Shown here: positions 47,030 through 57,977 of the stretch, in pieces
How the letters are laid out: each line of letters opens with the position of its first letter
Position numbering within the stretch: the stretch's first letter is position 1
NCBI GenBank assembly: GCA_963665115.1
Contig: OY762007.1
Coordinates: 800,001-864,000 of the forward strand
Direction of reading: 5' to 3'
Origin: an uncultured Rivularia sp.
GTDB taxonomy: Bacteria; Cyanobacteriota; Cyanobacteriia; Cyanobacteriales; Nostocaceae
Length of the DNA: 64,000 nucleotides
Notes under the pieces: generated by a model
Seen by the model: only the letters and a program-made list of their open reading frames with translations
Told to the model about the DNA's origin: nothing
The model's database searches: none
Made by a program: the position numbers and the translations under genes

Positions 47030-47228
47030 GTGTTAAGTTTAAGTCCCTTCGCCCACCGTTAATAAGATGTCCTTTCTGCAAGCAACTAACCAAACAGTTT
47101 TAAAGATAATCCGAACTAGGGAAATATTCGGAAGTTTGTACCAATTAACGGCTCAGCGGGCTAGTCAATACTTACGTTGCTGGATTTGGTTCCGGCAAGC
47201 CCCGTGTCTTTAGACCGGGGTTACTGAC
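47030..47228 (-). ncRNA. omegaRNA (HEARO-type) of the IsrB element
   Basis: Minus strand GTCAGTAACCCCGGTCTAAAGACACGGGGCTTG...TTGACTAGCC; CCGTTAAT/ATTAACGG and TCCGAA/TTCGGA stems; directly upstream of isrB. Confidence 0.85.
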
Positions 47229-47668
47229 CGTATTACAGAAGAAATCGAATCTCGTTTAGAAGAAAAGTTTAGCCCAGCAAGAGTTTTGATTCACGTCGAA
47301 CCACCTGCTTACAAATCTAATCAAATAAACTTCTAGACACCCATTAATCAAACCAATTATAAAGAAACAATTAACTGTCTTTTACAAATTATTACAGTTG
47401 TAGTAATCTATTAGAAACTAGATGTCTTCACATTTCTTCAAATTTAACTGTAAAAATCTGCTAAATTTAGATAAAAGTCCGTTAAAAAAAATGTAAGTAT
47501 TTTAAGGTAAATTTGAATTTAGCTGATACTTTTGCTTATATAGTGTTTGCTATAAAAATTCTATGCATTGTTATCTTTAATGCATCTTTAATTAAATTTT
47601 AAAACTGTTGATTTTAAATTAATTGTCGATTGCTCAATTTTTAGTCATTTTAACATATTTTGTTCTTA

Positions 47669-50600
47669 ATGATGCCACAAATAACAGTTTTAATAGTTGA
47701 CAATAGTTATGAAGACCGTCAGAGATATGAAAGCTACCTGCTGCAATCAAAGCAAAGCTATACAATTTTGTCAGAATCAACGGGGAACGCTGCATTAGAT
47801 TTATACCAAAGGTTTCATCCCGACATAATCTTATTAGAGTATGTTCTGTCAGACATGAATGGATTAGAATTTCTGGCAAAGTTAAAACAGCATAAAGAAG
47901 TACCACCCGTAATTATGATAACTGGGTATGGTAATGAAAATATTGCTGTACGAGCAATAAAAAGCGGGTTTCAAGATTATTTAGTTAAGGAACAGGTAAC
48001 GGCAGAACTTTTAAACTACACAATAAATTCTGCTATTGAAACTGTTGTCTCAAAATCTCAAGAAGTCGAAAAAAAATGGTGTGGTAGCGACGAGCGCTTC
48101 CGTACTTCCGTAGAAAATATGTTGGATTGTTTTGGTCTTTTCTCCAGCATTCGGGATGAAAGGGGTAATATTGTCGATTTTCGGATTGATTACATCAACG
48201 CCGCAGCTTGTGAATGTAATAAAATGGCTAAGGAGCAGCAGTTAGGTAACAAGTTATGCGAAATTTTTCCCTCCCATCGCACCACGGGTTTATTTGAGGA
48301 ATATTGTCAAGTTGTAGAAACAAGCGAGCCTTTAGTTAAAGAATCTTTGATTTATACAGATGTTTTTGGCAAGCAGGAGTTAACAAAAGCTTTTGATATT
48401 CGCGCTGCAAAATTAGGAGATGGATTTGTTGCTTCTTGGAGGGATGTTACCGAAAAAAAGCAATCAGAAAAAAAATTACAAGATTCGGAGCAATTACTCG
48501 AACGCATTGCTGATACTACACCGGGTTTTTTATATGTTTATGATTTGGTAGAGCAACAGAATGTCTATATAAATCGTCATATTGGGCAAGTGCTGGGTTA
48601 TTCAGTTGAACAAATCAAAAATATGGGTAGCAATGCATTCCCGCAGTTGATGCATCCTGATGATTTAGCAAGACTTCCTAGTCTTTTGCAAAGATTTGAC
48701 ACTGCAAAGGATGACGATATTTTCCAAACTGAATATCGATTGCGCGACGCAAATGGTGAATGGCGATGGTTTTATAGTCGAGATGGGGTATTTCATCGGA
48801 ATTCTAACGGTTCTCCTCGTCAGTTGATTGGTACGGCATTAGAAATTACAAATCTCAAACAAATTCAAGAAAAATTACGCTTAAGCAACGAGCGATTTCA
48901 ACTAGCATCTCATGCCGTTGACTCTGTAATTTACGATTGGGATATTACTATTAATAGTATTATTAGAACCGAAGGTTTAACTTCTATTTTGGGCTACTCT
49001 TTAGAAGAAATAGAACCAACTATTGAATGGTGGATGCAGTTAGTCCATCCTGAAGATAAAAATAATTTATTCCAACCTTTACAAGCTGTTCTTGCAAATC
49101 GTGAATATTATACTTTCGAGTATCGCGTGCGTCATAAAGATGGTCAATATTGCTACGTACTCGATCGAGGCTCCGTTGTGCGTAATGCTAAATCTCATGC
49201 GGTGCGGGTAGTTGGTTCGATAACTAATATTACAGAGCGCAAACAAGCTGAAACTGCATTACGCGAAAGTGAAGCAAAGTATAAGCGGATTATAGAATCC
49301 AATATTGTTGGTATTTATTTTGGTGACTTCACCGGCAGAATTTATGAAGCCAACGATGCTTTTTTAGAAATAATTGGCTATAATCGCGAAGATTTAGAAA
49401 ATGGTTTGCTGTATTGGAATCAGATGACAGCACCGGAAATTGAATCCCAAGCAATGATTCCGAAAATCAGAGAGGAATTAAAATCTAAGGGACTTTGTAT
49501 TCCTTTCGAGAAGCAATATATTCGTAAAGATGGTACTCGCGTATCTGTGCTAACGGCGATCGCCTGCATTGAAGGTAGAGAGGCAGAAGGCTACAGCGTT
49601 TGTTTTGTTTTAGATATAACCAAGCGCAAGCAAGCACAATTAAAATTACGTGAAAGCGAGCAAAGCTATCGGTTTTTGTCCGAATCAATACCGCAAATAG
49701 TTTGGAGTTGCAATTCACAAGGAGAGTGTGAATATATAAGTCAGCGTTGGGTTGAATATACCGGAAAAACAATTGAAGAAGCAAAAAGTTTTGGTTGGCT
49801 AAATATTTTGCATCCAGAAGATGCTGAATCTGTCACACATATATGGCACCAATCGCTAAGAAGGGGCCAACTCTACGAAGCAGAAATGCGCTATCGTCGC
49901 TGCGACGGGATCTATCGCTGGTTTTTAGTGCGAGCGTTGCCCATGAAAGACAAGCAAGGGCAAGTTCTAAAATGGTTTGGCACCAGTACTGATATTCACG
50001 AGCGCAAACAGTTAGAAGCTATCAGTTGTGAAATTGTACAACGCGAACAAACTGCCCGTACAGAAGCAGAAACAGCCAATAAAGCCAAAGACGAATTTGT
50101 CGCAATGGTATCCCACGACTTGCGATCGCCATTAAATTCAATTCTCGGTTGGGCGAAACTGCTACGAACTCGTAACTTTGATGAAACCGCCACCACTCGC
50201 GCCTTAGAAACTATCGAACGTAACGCCAAATCCCAAGCAAAACTCCTCGAAGACTTATTAGATACATCTCGAATCCTTCAAGGAACTATTCAACTTGATA
50301 TAACTCTAATTAATCTCGTTAAGACAGTGGAGGCAGCGGTTGAGACAGCACATCCTGTAGCAGATGTCAAGTCAATTTATATAGAGTCCATACTTGATGA
50401 TTCGCTTCCATTAATACAAGGCGATTCAAATCGCTTGCAGCAGGTATTAGGAAATTTACTATCTAACGCGATTAAGTTTACACCAAAAGAAGGGCGAGTT
50501 CGGGTGGAGTTGTCTGTGGCAGAGATGGGGAGAGGGGAAGATGGTGAGTCCACTCGTGTGCGGAGGTTCCCTCCGTTGAGCGAAGTGGCGAACCCGAAGG

Positions 50601-50911
50601 GGGGGACAAGGGGACAAGGGGACAAGGAGACAAGAAGAGAAGAAGAACTAACTTTTTCTACTTCTCCTGTTTTGAATTCTTCTAGATATGCTCGGATTAC
50701 GGTTAGCGATACGGGAATAGGTATTAATCCGGAGTTTTTGCCGTATGTTTTTGAACGATACCGCCAAGCAGAAGGAACTAGAAAAAAAGGTGGATTAGGA
50801 CTGGGTTTAGCAATTAGCCGTCATATTGTTCAACTCCACGGGGGTATTATTGAAGTTTCCAGTGGTGGAGAAGGGAAGGGAAGTAGTTTTACGATTCAAT
50901 TGCCGATATGA
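47669..50911 (+). CDS. Multi-sensor histidine kinase (REC - multiple PAS/PAC - HisKA - HATPase)
   Basis: N-terminal receiver; several HPDD/HPED PAS repeats; VSHDLRSPL; NLLSNAIKFT; DTGIG; GLGLGL. Confidence 0.93.
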   Translation: MMPQITVLIVDNSYEDRQRYESYLLQSKQSYTILSESTGNAALDLYQRFHPDIILLEYVLSDMNGLEFLAKLKQHKEVPPVIMITGYGNENIAVRAIKSGFQDYLVKEQVTAELLNYTINSAIETVVSKSQEVEKKWCGSDERFRTSVENMLDCFGLFSSIRDERGNIVDFRIDYINAAACECNKMAKEQQLGNKLCEIFPSHRTTGLFEEYCQVVETSEPLVKESLIYTDVFGKQELTKAFDIRAAKLGDGFVASWRDVTEKKQSEKKLQDSEQLLERIADTTPGFLYVYDLVEQQNVYINRHIGQVLGYSVEQIKNMGSNAFPQLMHPDDLARLPSLLQRFDTAKDDDIFQTEYRLRDANGEWRWFYSRDGVFHRNSNGSPRQLIGTALEITNLKQIQEKLRLSNERFQLASHAVDSVIYDWDITINSIIRTEGLTSILGYSLEEIEPTIEWWMQLVHPEDKNNLFQPLQAVLANREYYTFEYRVRHKDGQYCYVLDRGSVVRNAKSHAVRVVGSITNITERKQAETALRESEAKYKRIIESNIVGIYFGDFTGRIYEANDAFLEIIGYNREDLENGLLYWNQMTAPEIESQAMIPKIREELKSKGLCIPFEKQYIRKDGTRVSVLTAIACIEGREAEGYSVCFVLDITKRKQAQLKLRESEQSYRFLSESIPQIVWSCNSQGECEYISQRWVEYTGKTIEEAKSFGWLNILHPEDAESVTHIWHQSLRRGQLYEAEMRYRRCDGIYRWFLVRALPMKDKQGQVLKWFGTSTDIHERKQLEAISCEIVQREQTARTEAETANKAKDEFVAMVSHDLRSPLNSILGWAKLLRTRNFDETATTRALETIERNAKSQAKLLEDLLDTSRILQGTIQLDITLINLVKTVEAAVETAHPVADVKSIYIESILDDSLPLIQGDSNRLQQVLGNLLSNAIKFTPKEGRVRVELSVAEMGRGEDGESTRVRRFPPLSEVANPKGGTRGQGDKETRREEELTFSTSPVLNSSRYARITVSDTGIGINPEFLPYVFERYRQAEGTRKKGGLGLGLAISRHIVQLHGGIIEVSSGGEGKGSSFTIQLPI
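50521..50645 (+). repeat. Small dispersed repeat plus (GGGACAA)n heptamers inserted in frame in the HATPase domain
   Basis: GCGGAGGTTCCCTCCGTTGAGCGAAGTGGCGAACCCGAAGGG hairpin followed by GGACAAG repeats. Confidence 0.75.
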
Positions 50912-51026
50912 GGGAGAGGGGGACATTATTAAAGTAGTAAGTAGTGAGTAGTGAGTAGTGAGTAGCGGGCAAAAGTAGACACCTCTACGGCAGCGACATT
51001 TATGGCAATGAGAATAAAAAGTGATT

Positions 51027-51120
51027 TACTCCCTACTCCCTACTCCCTACTCCTAACTCCCTACTCCCTACTCCTAACTCCCTACTCCCTACTCCTAACT
51101 CCCTACTCCCTACTCCCTAC
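51027..51120. repeat. STRR heptamers (ACTCCCT/ACTCCTA)n
   Basis: About 13 tandem units running into the guaA stop codon. Confidence 0.9.
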
Positions 51121-52745
51121 TCCCACTCAATAGTTCCAGGTGGCTTGGATGTAATATCAAAGACTACTCTGTTTACGCCTTTGACTTCATTTACAATCCG
51201 ATTGGAAATTACTTCGAGTATGTCGTAAGGTACCCGCGCCCAATCTGCTGTCATGCCATCTTCGCTGGTAACGATGCGTAAAACTATGGGATAAGCGTAA
51301 GTTCTTTGGTCGCCCATTACACCTACACTACGAACTGGTAGCAATACTGCGAAAGCCTGCCAGTATTCGCTATACAGGTTATTACGATTAATTTCTTGAC
51401 GGACAATTAAATCGGCATCTCGTAAAATATTTAACCTTCCAACTGTAACTTCCCCAATAATGCGAATTGCTAAACCCGGTCCTGGGAAAGGTTGACGCTG
51501 GACAATTTCTTGAGGCAAACCAACGCAACGTCCGACTTTACGAACTTCGTCTTTGAAAAGCTTACGCAAAGGTTCTACCAATTTAAAACGTAAGTCTTTG
51601 GGTAAACCACCAACGTTGTGATGACTTTTAATTTTTACTGCTACTCGTTCTCCGGTTTGCGGATCGACGTTGGTATCTGCGGATTCGATTACGTCGGGAT
51701 ATAAGGTTCCTTGGGCTAGATAATCAAAAGGACCGAGTTGTCTTGAAGTCTCTTCAAATGCTTTGATAAACTCGTGTCCGATAATACGCCGCTTTTCTTC
51801 TGGATCGGTGACTCCACTCAAGGCTCCAATAAAGCGCTCGCGAGCGTTTACGTATTCGACAGGAATATGAAACTGTTCTGAGAATAATTTTACTAGGCGT
51901 TCTGGCTCCAGTTTCCGCATAAAGCCTTGGTCGATAAAAACACAAGTTAACTGTTCTCCGATTGCTTTATGCAACAAAAATGCCAAAGTCGAAGAATCAA
52001 CTCCTCCGCTAAGAGCTAATAACACACTCTTGCTGCCAACTTTAGCGCGAATTTCCCGAATCGCTTCTTCTACAAAAGCATCGGTTGTCCAAGTCGGTTC
52101 GCTTTTACAGATTTCATAAACAAAGTTACGGATTAAGGATAATCCACCGACAGAATGCACCACCTCTGGATGAAACTGTACTCCATAAAGTTTCTTTTCG
52201 GGATTGGCGATCGCCGCGCAAGGAGTATTGGCAGTATGAGCTAGTAGTTCAAACCCGGAAGGCATTTTCAGTACCGAGTCTCCATGACTCATCCACATCG
52301 TGGTACCATTTTCAACGTTGGTAAGTAAATTTGTCGCATCGTCAATATGCAAAGCGGCCTTACCATACTCGCCTCGATCGGACTTTTTAACTTCTCCGCC
52401 GAGTTGCTGCACCATTAGCTGCATACCGTAGCATACACCCAGAATGGGAATCCCTAAATCCCATATTTGAGGGTCGCAATGGGGAGCTTTCGCATCATAA
52501 ACCGAACTCGGGCCACCTGAAAGAATGATTCCCTTGGGGTTTAGCTGACGAAGCTGCTCTGCTGTAGTTCGATAAGGAAGAACTTCCGAGTAAACTTGAG
52601 TTTCACGGATTCTGCGAGCGATAAGTTCGGAATATTGAGAACCAAAGTCAAGAATCGCAATCATTTGACGGTTAAGTTGTCTTTTAGATTCTACTTTGTG
52701 AGCTTGAGGAGCATCTTTAGTTAGTAGAGTCACCGCTGTTTTCAT
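51117..52745 (-). CDS. guaA: GMP synthase (glutamine-hydrolysing)
   Basis: [45 protein letters not shown]; start placed at MKTAV. Confidence 0.99.
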   Translation of the reverse strand: MKTAVTLLTKDAPQAHKVESKRQLNRQMIAILDFGSQYSELIARRIRETQVYSEVLPYRTTAEQLRQLNPKGIILSGGPSSVYDAKAPHCDPQIWDLGIPILGVCYGMQLMVQQLGGEVKKSDRGEYGKAALHIDDATNLLTNVENGTTMWMSHGDSVLKMPSGFELLAHTANTPCAAIANPEKKLYGVQFHPEVVHSVGGLSLIRNFVYEICKSEPTWTTDAFVEEAIREIRAKVGSKSVLLALSGGVDSSTLAFLLHKAIGEQLTCVFIDQGFMRKLEPERLVKLFSEQFHIPVEYVNARERFIGALSGVTDPEEKRRIIGHEFIKAFEETSRQLGPFDYLAQGTLYPDVIESADTNVDPQTGERVAVKIKSHHNVGGLPKDLRFKLVEPLRKLFKDEVRKVGRCVGLPQEIVQRQPFPGPGLAIRIIGEVTVGRLNILRDADLIVRQEINRNNLYSEYWQAFAVLLPVRSVGVMGDQRTYAYPIVLRIVTSEDGMTADWARVPYDILEVISNRIVNEVKGVNRVVFDITSKPPGTIEWE

Positions 52746-53262
52746 AATGGGGGGAAAGTTTGAGAGTAAGGATTTACGATAGCTTCCGATGCAGGCTAAA
52801 TACCACAAAGGCTAGCTGTATCCAGCAGAATTATTTAACAACTTTCACATCAAGCGCAATTTCCATATATGCACCTGCTGGGCTTCTTATATTTGTAAAT
52901 GCTATTAAGATTAAAAAGCTACCTTAAACTGGATAGAAAAAGATATATTTATTGATATGAATTTCTTATGTTTATTTTTATAAACTTACCACAAGTTGGT
53001 CAATATGCGTAAAGGTGAATTTGTTTTTTTTACAAAGACTTCAAATTTCTAAGTTTCCGAGATGCTTGCATTATCCAGTGACAAATTAGCTTTCGACCAA
53101 AATTAATCAAAAAATAGGTTTAAACGAGATAAAGAACATGATATCTTCCATAAGACACTTCAGGTAATATATCAACCCAGGGGAGGGGTATTATTTCTTG
53201 TGTAAATATAAATATAATATATAACTCGAAATTTTATATTTGCCTAGATAATTTTATTTTTT

Positions 53263-53563
53263 TTACACCTTGACTTCTGCGAGTAAGTTTTGCATAGCTT
53301 CTATAGAAAGTCCTTGCTCGATGTATTGAGGAGATTCAGGGTTAAATGGGGCTTTCAAACGGTCGATACTAATAATATTTGCCTGTTGAGGTATTACTGG
53401 AAACGTCCGGATCGAAAGCAGTTGGACGCATCAAAGAACTAGAAAATCCTCTAAAAATAGCAACTTCATCTCGTTCGCCATCAACTTCCACCGTCACCAG
53501 CAAGACTTCTTGAGGACGTTTGACAGTATATTGCTCCAGTCGTTTATTAATTAAATTTGTCAT
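53263..53563 (-). CDS. Conserved cyanobacterial hypothetical protein (split by +1 T near 53402)
   Basis: RLEQYT..IFRGFSSSL..FDPD[VPVIP]..IDRLKAPFNP continuous after removing one base. Confidence 0.75.
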
Positions 53564-53661
53564 TAAAGGTTGAAAATTTGGAATTGGTAATTGAAGAATT
53601 GGGCATGGGGGGTAGTAAGTAGCGAGTAGTGAGTAAACTACCATCCATTCCCTAATCGTTG

Positions 53662-53712
53662 CTCATTACTCATTACTCATTACTCATTACTCATTACTCA
53701 TCACTCGCTACT
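53662..53712. repeat. STRR heptamers (CATTACT)n
   Basis: Tandem heptamers visible in the sequence. Confidence 0.85.
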
Positions 53713-53733
53713 TTAAGAATGTCCCCCCATCTC

Positions 53734-54333
53734 CTACTGCGGTGCAGCTGTACGCCCTTGTTTTCCGAGCTTAACGATAACGAAGTAAGCCAAGCACACA
53801 ACGTAGAAAATTAAACCAATAATACCTACAAAGCCTAACTGTCCATTGTTGCTGTTGGGGCTAAAATACTCTTTAAATAATAATGGGGCTTCCAACCAAA
53901 CCCTGCAATAAGGGGTTTTAAGAGTAACTTCGGAAAAAGCACAACCCAAGAAAGGAATAGTGAGGATGGCTCCTAAAGCACAATAAATGCTTGTAGCCCA
54001 TCTCCAAGAAGTAAAAATAAACTTCAAGGCTCCATCAGAACCATATTCAATTTCATCGTTCAAGTCTGCCCAAAACCATAATGAAATTGGAATTAAGATA
54101 CGCGCCATTAAAGATGAAATGAAACTTACCCCAAAACCGCCAATCATCAAGAAAGTCGTAATCATTAATAAACTTGAGACTCGCCAGTAAATAGTTAATA
54201 GACGCTGGATTCCATCAGCTTTTTGAACAAATGCCCAAATAAGTAAAACTAAGGGAATCAATACGGTAAATAAAACCGCCAAACGATAGTCCATCCAAAC
54301 TAACGAGCGAAACCAAACATCATTATTATCCAT
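53734..54333 (-). CDS. DUF3177-type membrane protein
   Basis: LVWMDYRLAV, IYWRVSSLL, SLWFWADLN; start placed at MDNND. Confidence 0.8.
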   Translation of the reverse strand: MDNNDVWFRSLVWMDYRLAVLFTVLIPLVLLIWAFVQKADGIQRLLTIYWRVSSLLMITTFLMIGGFGVSFISSLMARILIPISLWFWADLNDEIEYGSDGALKFIFTSWRWATSIYCALGAILTIPFLGCAFSEVTLKTPYCRVWLEAPLLFKEYFSPNSNNGQLGFVGIIGLIFYVVCLAYFVIVKLGKQGRTAAPQ

Positions 54334-54686
54334 AGTTTTTCCTATATATAATCCGCATACTTTAACTAAGAAAGCCTCAATTGAAAAGTAAAGCCTGTGA
54401 ATATTTATATCCGAATATTTTAAAAAATTAAAATAGGACTTACACATAACACTCTTTTGTTTTAGAGCGGCTTCTGTGTAAGTCCCAGTTTGAAACGGTT
54501 TGTCTGGGATAAAATCCCACGCTTGCAACCTCGTCAGAGATAGACATTCCAGGATAAACCTGTGATTAGAATTAGATTCTAAAATGAATGTGAGTTTAAA
54601 AACGATTATCTCAAATACGAAGGATAAGTTAAAGCATTAATTGCTTGCGTGGAAAAACAGACATTGCTTTGCGACAAACTTGATTT

Positions 54687-54908
54687 TTAGTCGTCGTAAA
54701 TTTTACACTCATCAGCATCAGGGTTTTCGTCGCAGTACTTCTCTAAAGAATTCTTGGGCTTTGATTGGCGCTGGTGAGAAGCTTCGGCTTGTAATTCTTC
54801 TACTGCATCCCAAGCAGCAGCACACTCAGCGGAGTTATTACCTGAAGTATCGCAGACGGTGCGAGCTTCCTGAAGTTCTTCCTGAATTTTGTCTTTGATG
54901 TCGCTCAT
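54687..54908 (-). CDS. cp12: Calvin cycle regulator CP12
   Basis: C..C pair, AWDAVEEL core, YCDENPDADECKIYDD C-terminus. Confidence 0.96.
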   Translation of the reverse strand: MSDIKDKIQEELQEARTVCDTSGNNSAECAAAWDAVEELQAEASHQRQSKPKNSLEKYCDENPDADECKIYDD

Positions 54909-55280
54909 AGTTCTTGTTGTGTTAATTGTTCTTAATACAAGTATAGAAAAAGTTCGGCACAAACTGTTTGACAGTTTCCACTATTCTAACTAGTTAGAGC
55001 CATCATTTATGGTGATGTAATAGAACGGCACTATCAACATACAGCAAATATTCTGGCGTACAGAGCCTTCAACTTAAACTTTTAAGATTTTTAGTATAGT
55101 TTCGATTAACATCTATAGAAACAAGTATTAGAGTGGAATAACTACCGGTTTCTAAGATTGACTCACATTGGAAGATAGAACTATAAAATAGTCAACTACT
55201 TTTAGACGTAAATAATGGCTTTGAGCATATAAAAGTAAAAAGTATTAGCTGTCTTCGCATAAAAATATAAAAAGTAATTT

Positions 55281-56490
55281 ATGACAGATAAAATGCAGTG
55301 GAGCAACGCCTTATCAACCCTCCCTTCTCTAGAAGCAGCGATTTCTGAAGTCGTAGAACAAGCTGTAGGGAAGTTATCGCAGAAAGCAAGTTTAGGAATC
55401 GCGTTTATTAGCAGTGCTTTTACCAGCGAGTATTCCCGGTTTTTACCTTTACTCGCACAGCAATTAGATGTGCCCGTACTAATCGGCTGTAGTGGCGGCG
55501 GTGTAATCGGTACAAGCAGTGATGGAGCCGCTCAAGAACTTGAAGATGAACCAGCTTTATCGCTGACTTTAGCTTATTTGCCAGAAGTAAACATTCATCC
55601 GTTTCATGTACTTGCTGAAGAGTTACCCGATTTAGATAGTTCTCCTGATGCCTGGATGGATTTGATTGAACTATCACCAGACGGAACACCCCAATTTATT
55701 TTGCTTTCGGGTAGCGTAGCGAGCGGTATCAACGACTTATTAAAAGGTTTGGACTTTGCCTATCCCGGTTCCGTTACCGTAGGAGGGACAAGCAAGCGGT
55801 GGAATGGGAAATCGCATAGCCTTGTTTTGTAACGACAAGCTGCATACAGAAGGTACTGTCGGAATAGCATTAACTGGCAATATCACCTTAGATACAATCG
55901 TCGCTCAAGGTTGTCGTCCAATCGGTACACCACATCAGATCGGTAAGTGCGATCGCAACATCATCTTAGAAATTGAAGAACAGGTGCCGTTGATTTTATT
56001 GCGGGATTTGATTGCTAGTTTAAATGACGAAGAAAAAATCCTGGCTCAAAACTCATTATTCGTCGGTGTAGCGATGAGTGAATTTAAACAAGATTTACAG
56101 CAAGGAGACTTCTTAATCCGTAACATCCTTGGAGTCGATCCATCCGCAGGGGCGATCGCCGTAGGAGACTACCTGCGTCCCGGACAGCGCCTACAATTCC
56201 ACCTCCGCGATGCTCAAACTTCCGCTCAAGATTTAGAATTTTTACTCAACAAATATCAACAAGAACAAGCCAATAAATCATCTCCGGTAGGTGCTTTAAT
56301 GTTTTCCTGCTTGGGTAGAGGTGAAGGACTTTATAGAAAACCAAACTTTGATTCCCAATTATTCCAACAGTACGTCAAAGATATACCTTTAGGAGGATTT
56401 TTCTGCAACGGTGAAATCGGCCCCGTAGGTGAGAGTACTTTCGTTCATGGTTTTACCTCCGTTTTTGCGATTTGCCGTACTAGGGAATAG
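55281..56490 (+). CDS. FIST signal-transduction domain protein (split by +1 G near 55786)
   Basis: GCSGGGVIG, VGG[QAS], VAQGCRPIG, FSCLGRG, GFFCNGEIGP. Confidence 0.88.
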
Positions 56491-56567
56491 GGGATGGGTA
56501 GATGGGGTAGAGGGGGTAGAGGGGGTAGAAAATTTTTATTAACTCCTAACTCTTAACTCCTAACTCT

Positions 56568-57668
56568 TCAAAGCAACAACGTTGAATGATTATCAATAAA
56601 AGTCCGATGCCCATCGGGAGTCATGGCGCTATATTTCTCGAAGTGCTGGCGTAGTTTTTCGGGAAATTCGGGAAATTCAAGGAATGCATCTCCAGCAGCT
56701 ATATTTGCCCAGAAACTTCGTAATGTCGGTGCTAATTCTTCTGCTTTGTCTTGGGGAAGATTTAGTGGAGGTAAAGTTAGCAGTTTGACTATAAATGGAA
56801 AACTGCGATCGCACATCCATTGACGGGAACTTTGCTGTAAGTCAGGGAAGTTAGAAACAGATTCTACTTTACGAGATAATATTTGCAACTTACTTTCTCC
56901 GCAATTATCCTGACGATATTCCAACATTCTGTAGGGATGTGGATAGCTAACTAAGGAACCTGTAGTGATATCGTATACATTATCCTGACAAGCTATATCC
57001 TGAATATGTAAATGCCCAGTAAAGACTAACTGAACTTTGTAGCGTCGAAGAATTTGTAATAGCTCCGGTGCATTATCTAACATATAGCGGCTTGCCATCG
57101 GATGACGCGCTTGATTTGGCAAATGCTCGACTACATTATGATGAACCATCACCAGAATTAATTCATCGTTAGATACTGCTAAAACCTCTTCTAACCAGCG
57201 TAACTGCTCGCTATCTAAATGGCCTATCTGATTACCTTTATCATCAAAGTTATTAGAATTAAGAGCAATTAACCTAACATTGGGTAGTAATTCACAGGTA
57301 TAGTAAAGCTGTGAACTATCTTCATAGCCAAATTTACGGTAAAACCGAGGAAAATCCTTAAAAGCAATCGATTGCTCGTTAGCATTTAGAACCGGAACAT
57401 CATGATTGCCAGGTATAACATAAGTAGGAAAAGGCAGTTTTGCCAAACGTTCTTGCAACCAAGTATGATTTTCTGGTTCGCCGTGTTGAGTTAAATCTCC
57501 TGGTAGTAAAAGAAAATCTAAATCTAGTTGTGTTAAATGTTCTAAAACACTTTCAAAAGCCGGAATACTAACTTCCACTAAGTGAAAGCGACTCGGATGA
57601 TCCCAGATAGTATGGGGAAGCGCAACGTGTAAATCGCTGGCGATCGCAAAACGAAAATTTAGACTCAT
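56568..57668 (-). CDS. Metallophosphoesterase (calcineurin-like)
   Basis: SDLH, PGDL, PGNHD, VHH, TGHLH motifs. Confidence 0.92.
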   Translation of the reverse strand: MSLNFRFAIASDLHVALPHTIWDHPSRFHLVEVSIPAFESVLEHLTQLDLDFLLLPGDLTQHGEPENHTWLQERLAKLPFPTYVIPGNHDVPVLNANEQSIAFKDFPRFYRKFGYEDSSQLYYTCELLPNVRLIALNSNNFDDKGNQIGHLDSEQLRWLEEVLAVSNDELILVMVHHNVVEHLPNQARHPMASRYMLDNAPELLQILRRYKVQLVFTGHLHIQDIACQDNVYDITTGSLVSYPHPYRMLEYRQDNCGESKLQILSRKVESVSNFPDLQQSSRQWMCDRSFPFIVKLLTLPPLNLPQDKAEELAPTLRSFWANIAAGDAFLEFPEFPEKLRQHFEKYSAMTPDGHRTFIDNHSTLLL

Positions 57669-57977
57669 TGAAGTAAATTAATCTGATACAAAGATGTAAA
57701 AAGCTTCTTTTGAACTAGAGTATAACGTTTGAAAGCGAATGAAGCATAGGAATATTCTTGGTTTAATATTTGTAAATATTTGGCGAAAAGGTGAGAGAGT
57801 TGAGAGTTATAAGTTAGGAGTTATAAATTAGGAGTTAAGAGTTAGGAGTTATTAGATCGCTCTTAGGTAGCAAGATAGCGGACATTACGGAAATTAATTG
57901 AAATCACCATGAAAACTATTTGCTTCTAACTATTCACTGGTAACTGATTACTGTTCACTGTTTATTGCTCACTGTTT

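Larger units (their letters stand above)
46165..47336 (+). pseudogene. Cation diffusion facilitator (FieF-like) pseudogene interrupted by the IsrB element
   Basis: 46165-46432 translates QKFQAVGALGIAAFL...ILIADAHHTMSDVWVTIS with in-frame TAG at 46297; 47229-47336 translates RITEEIESRL...LIHVEPP...*; N-terminus and middle are missing. Confidence 0.85.
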
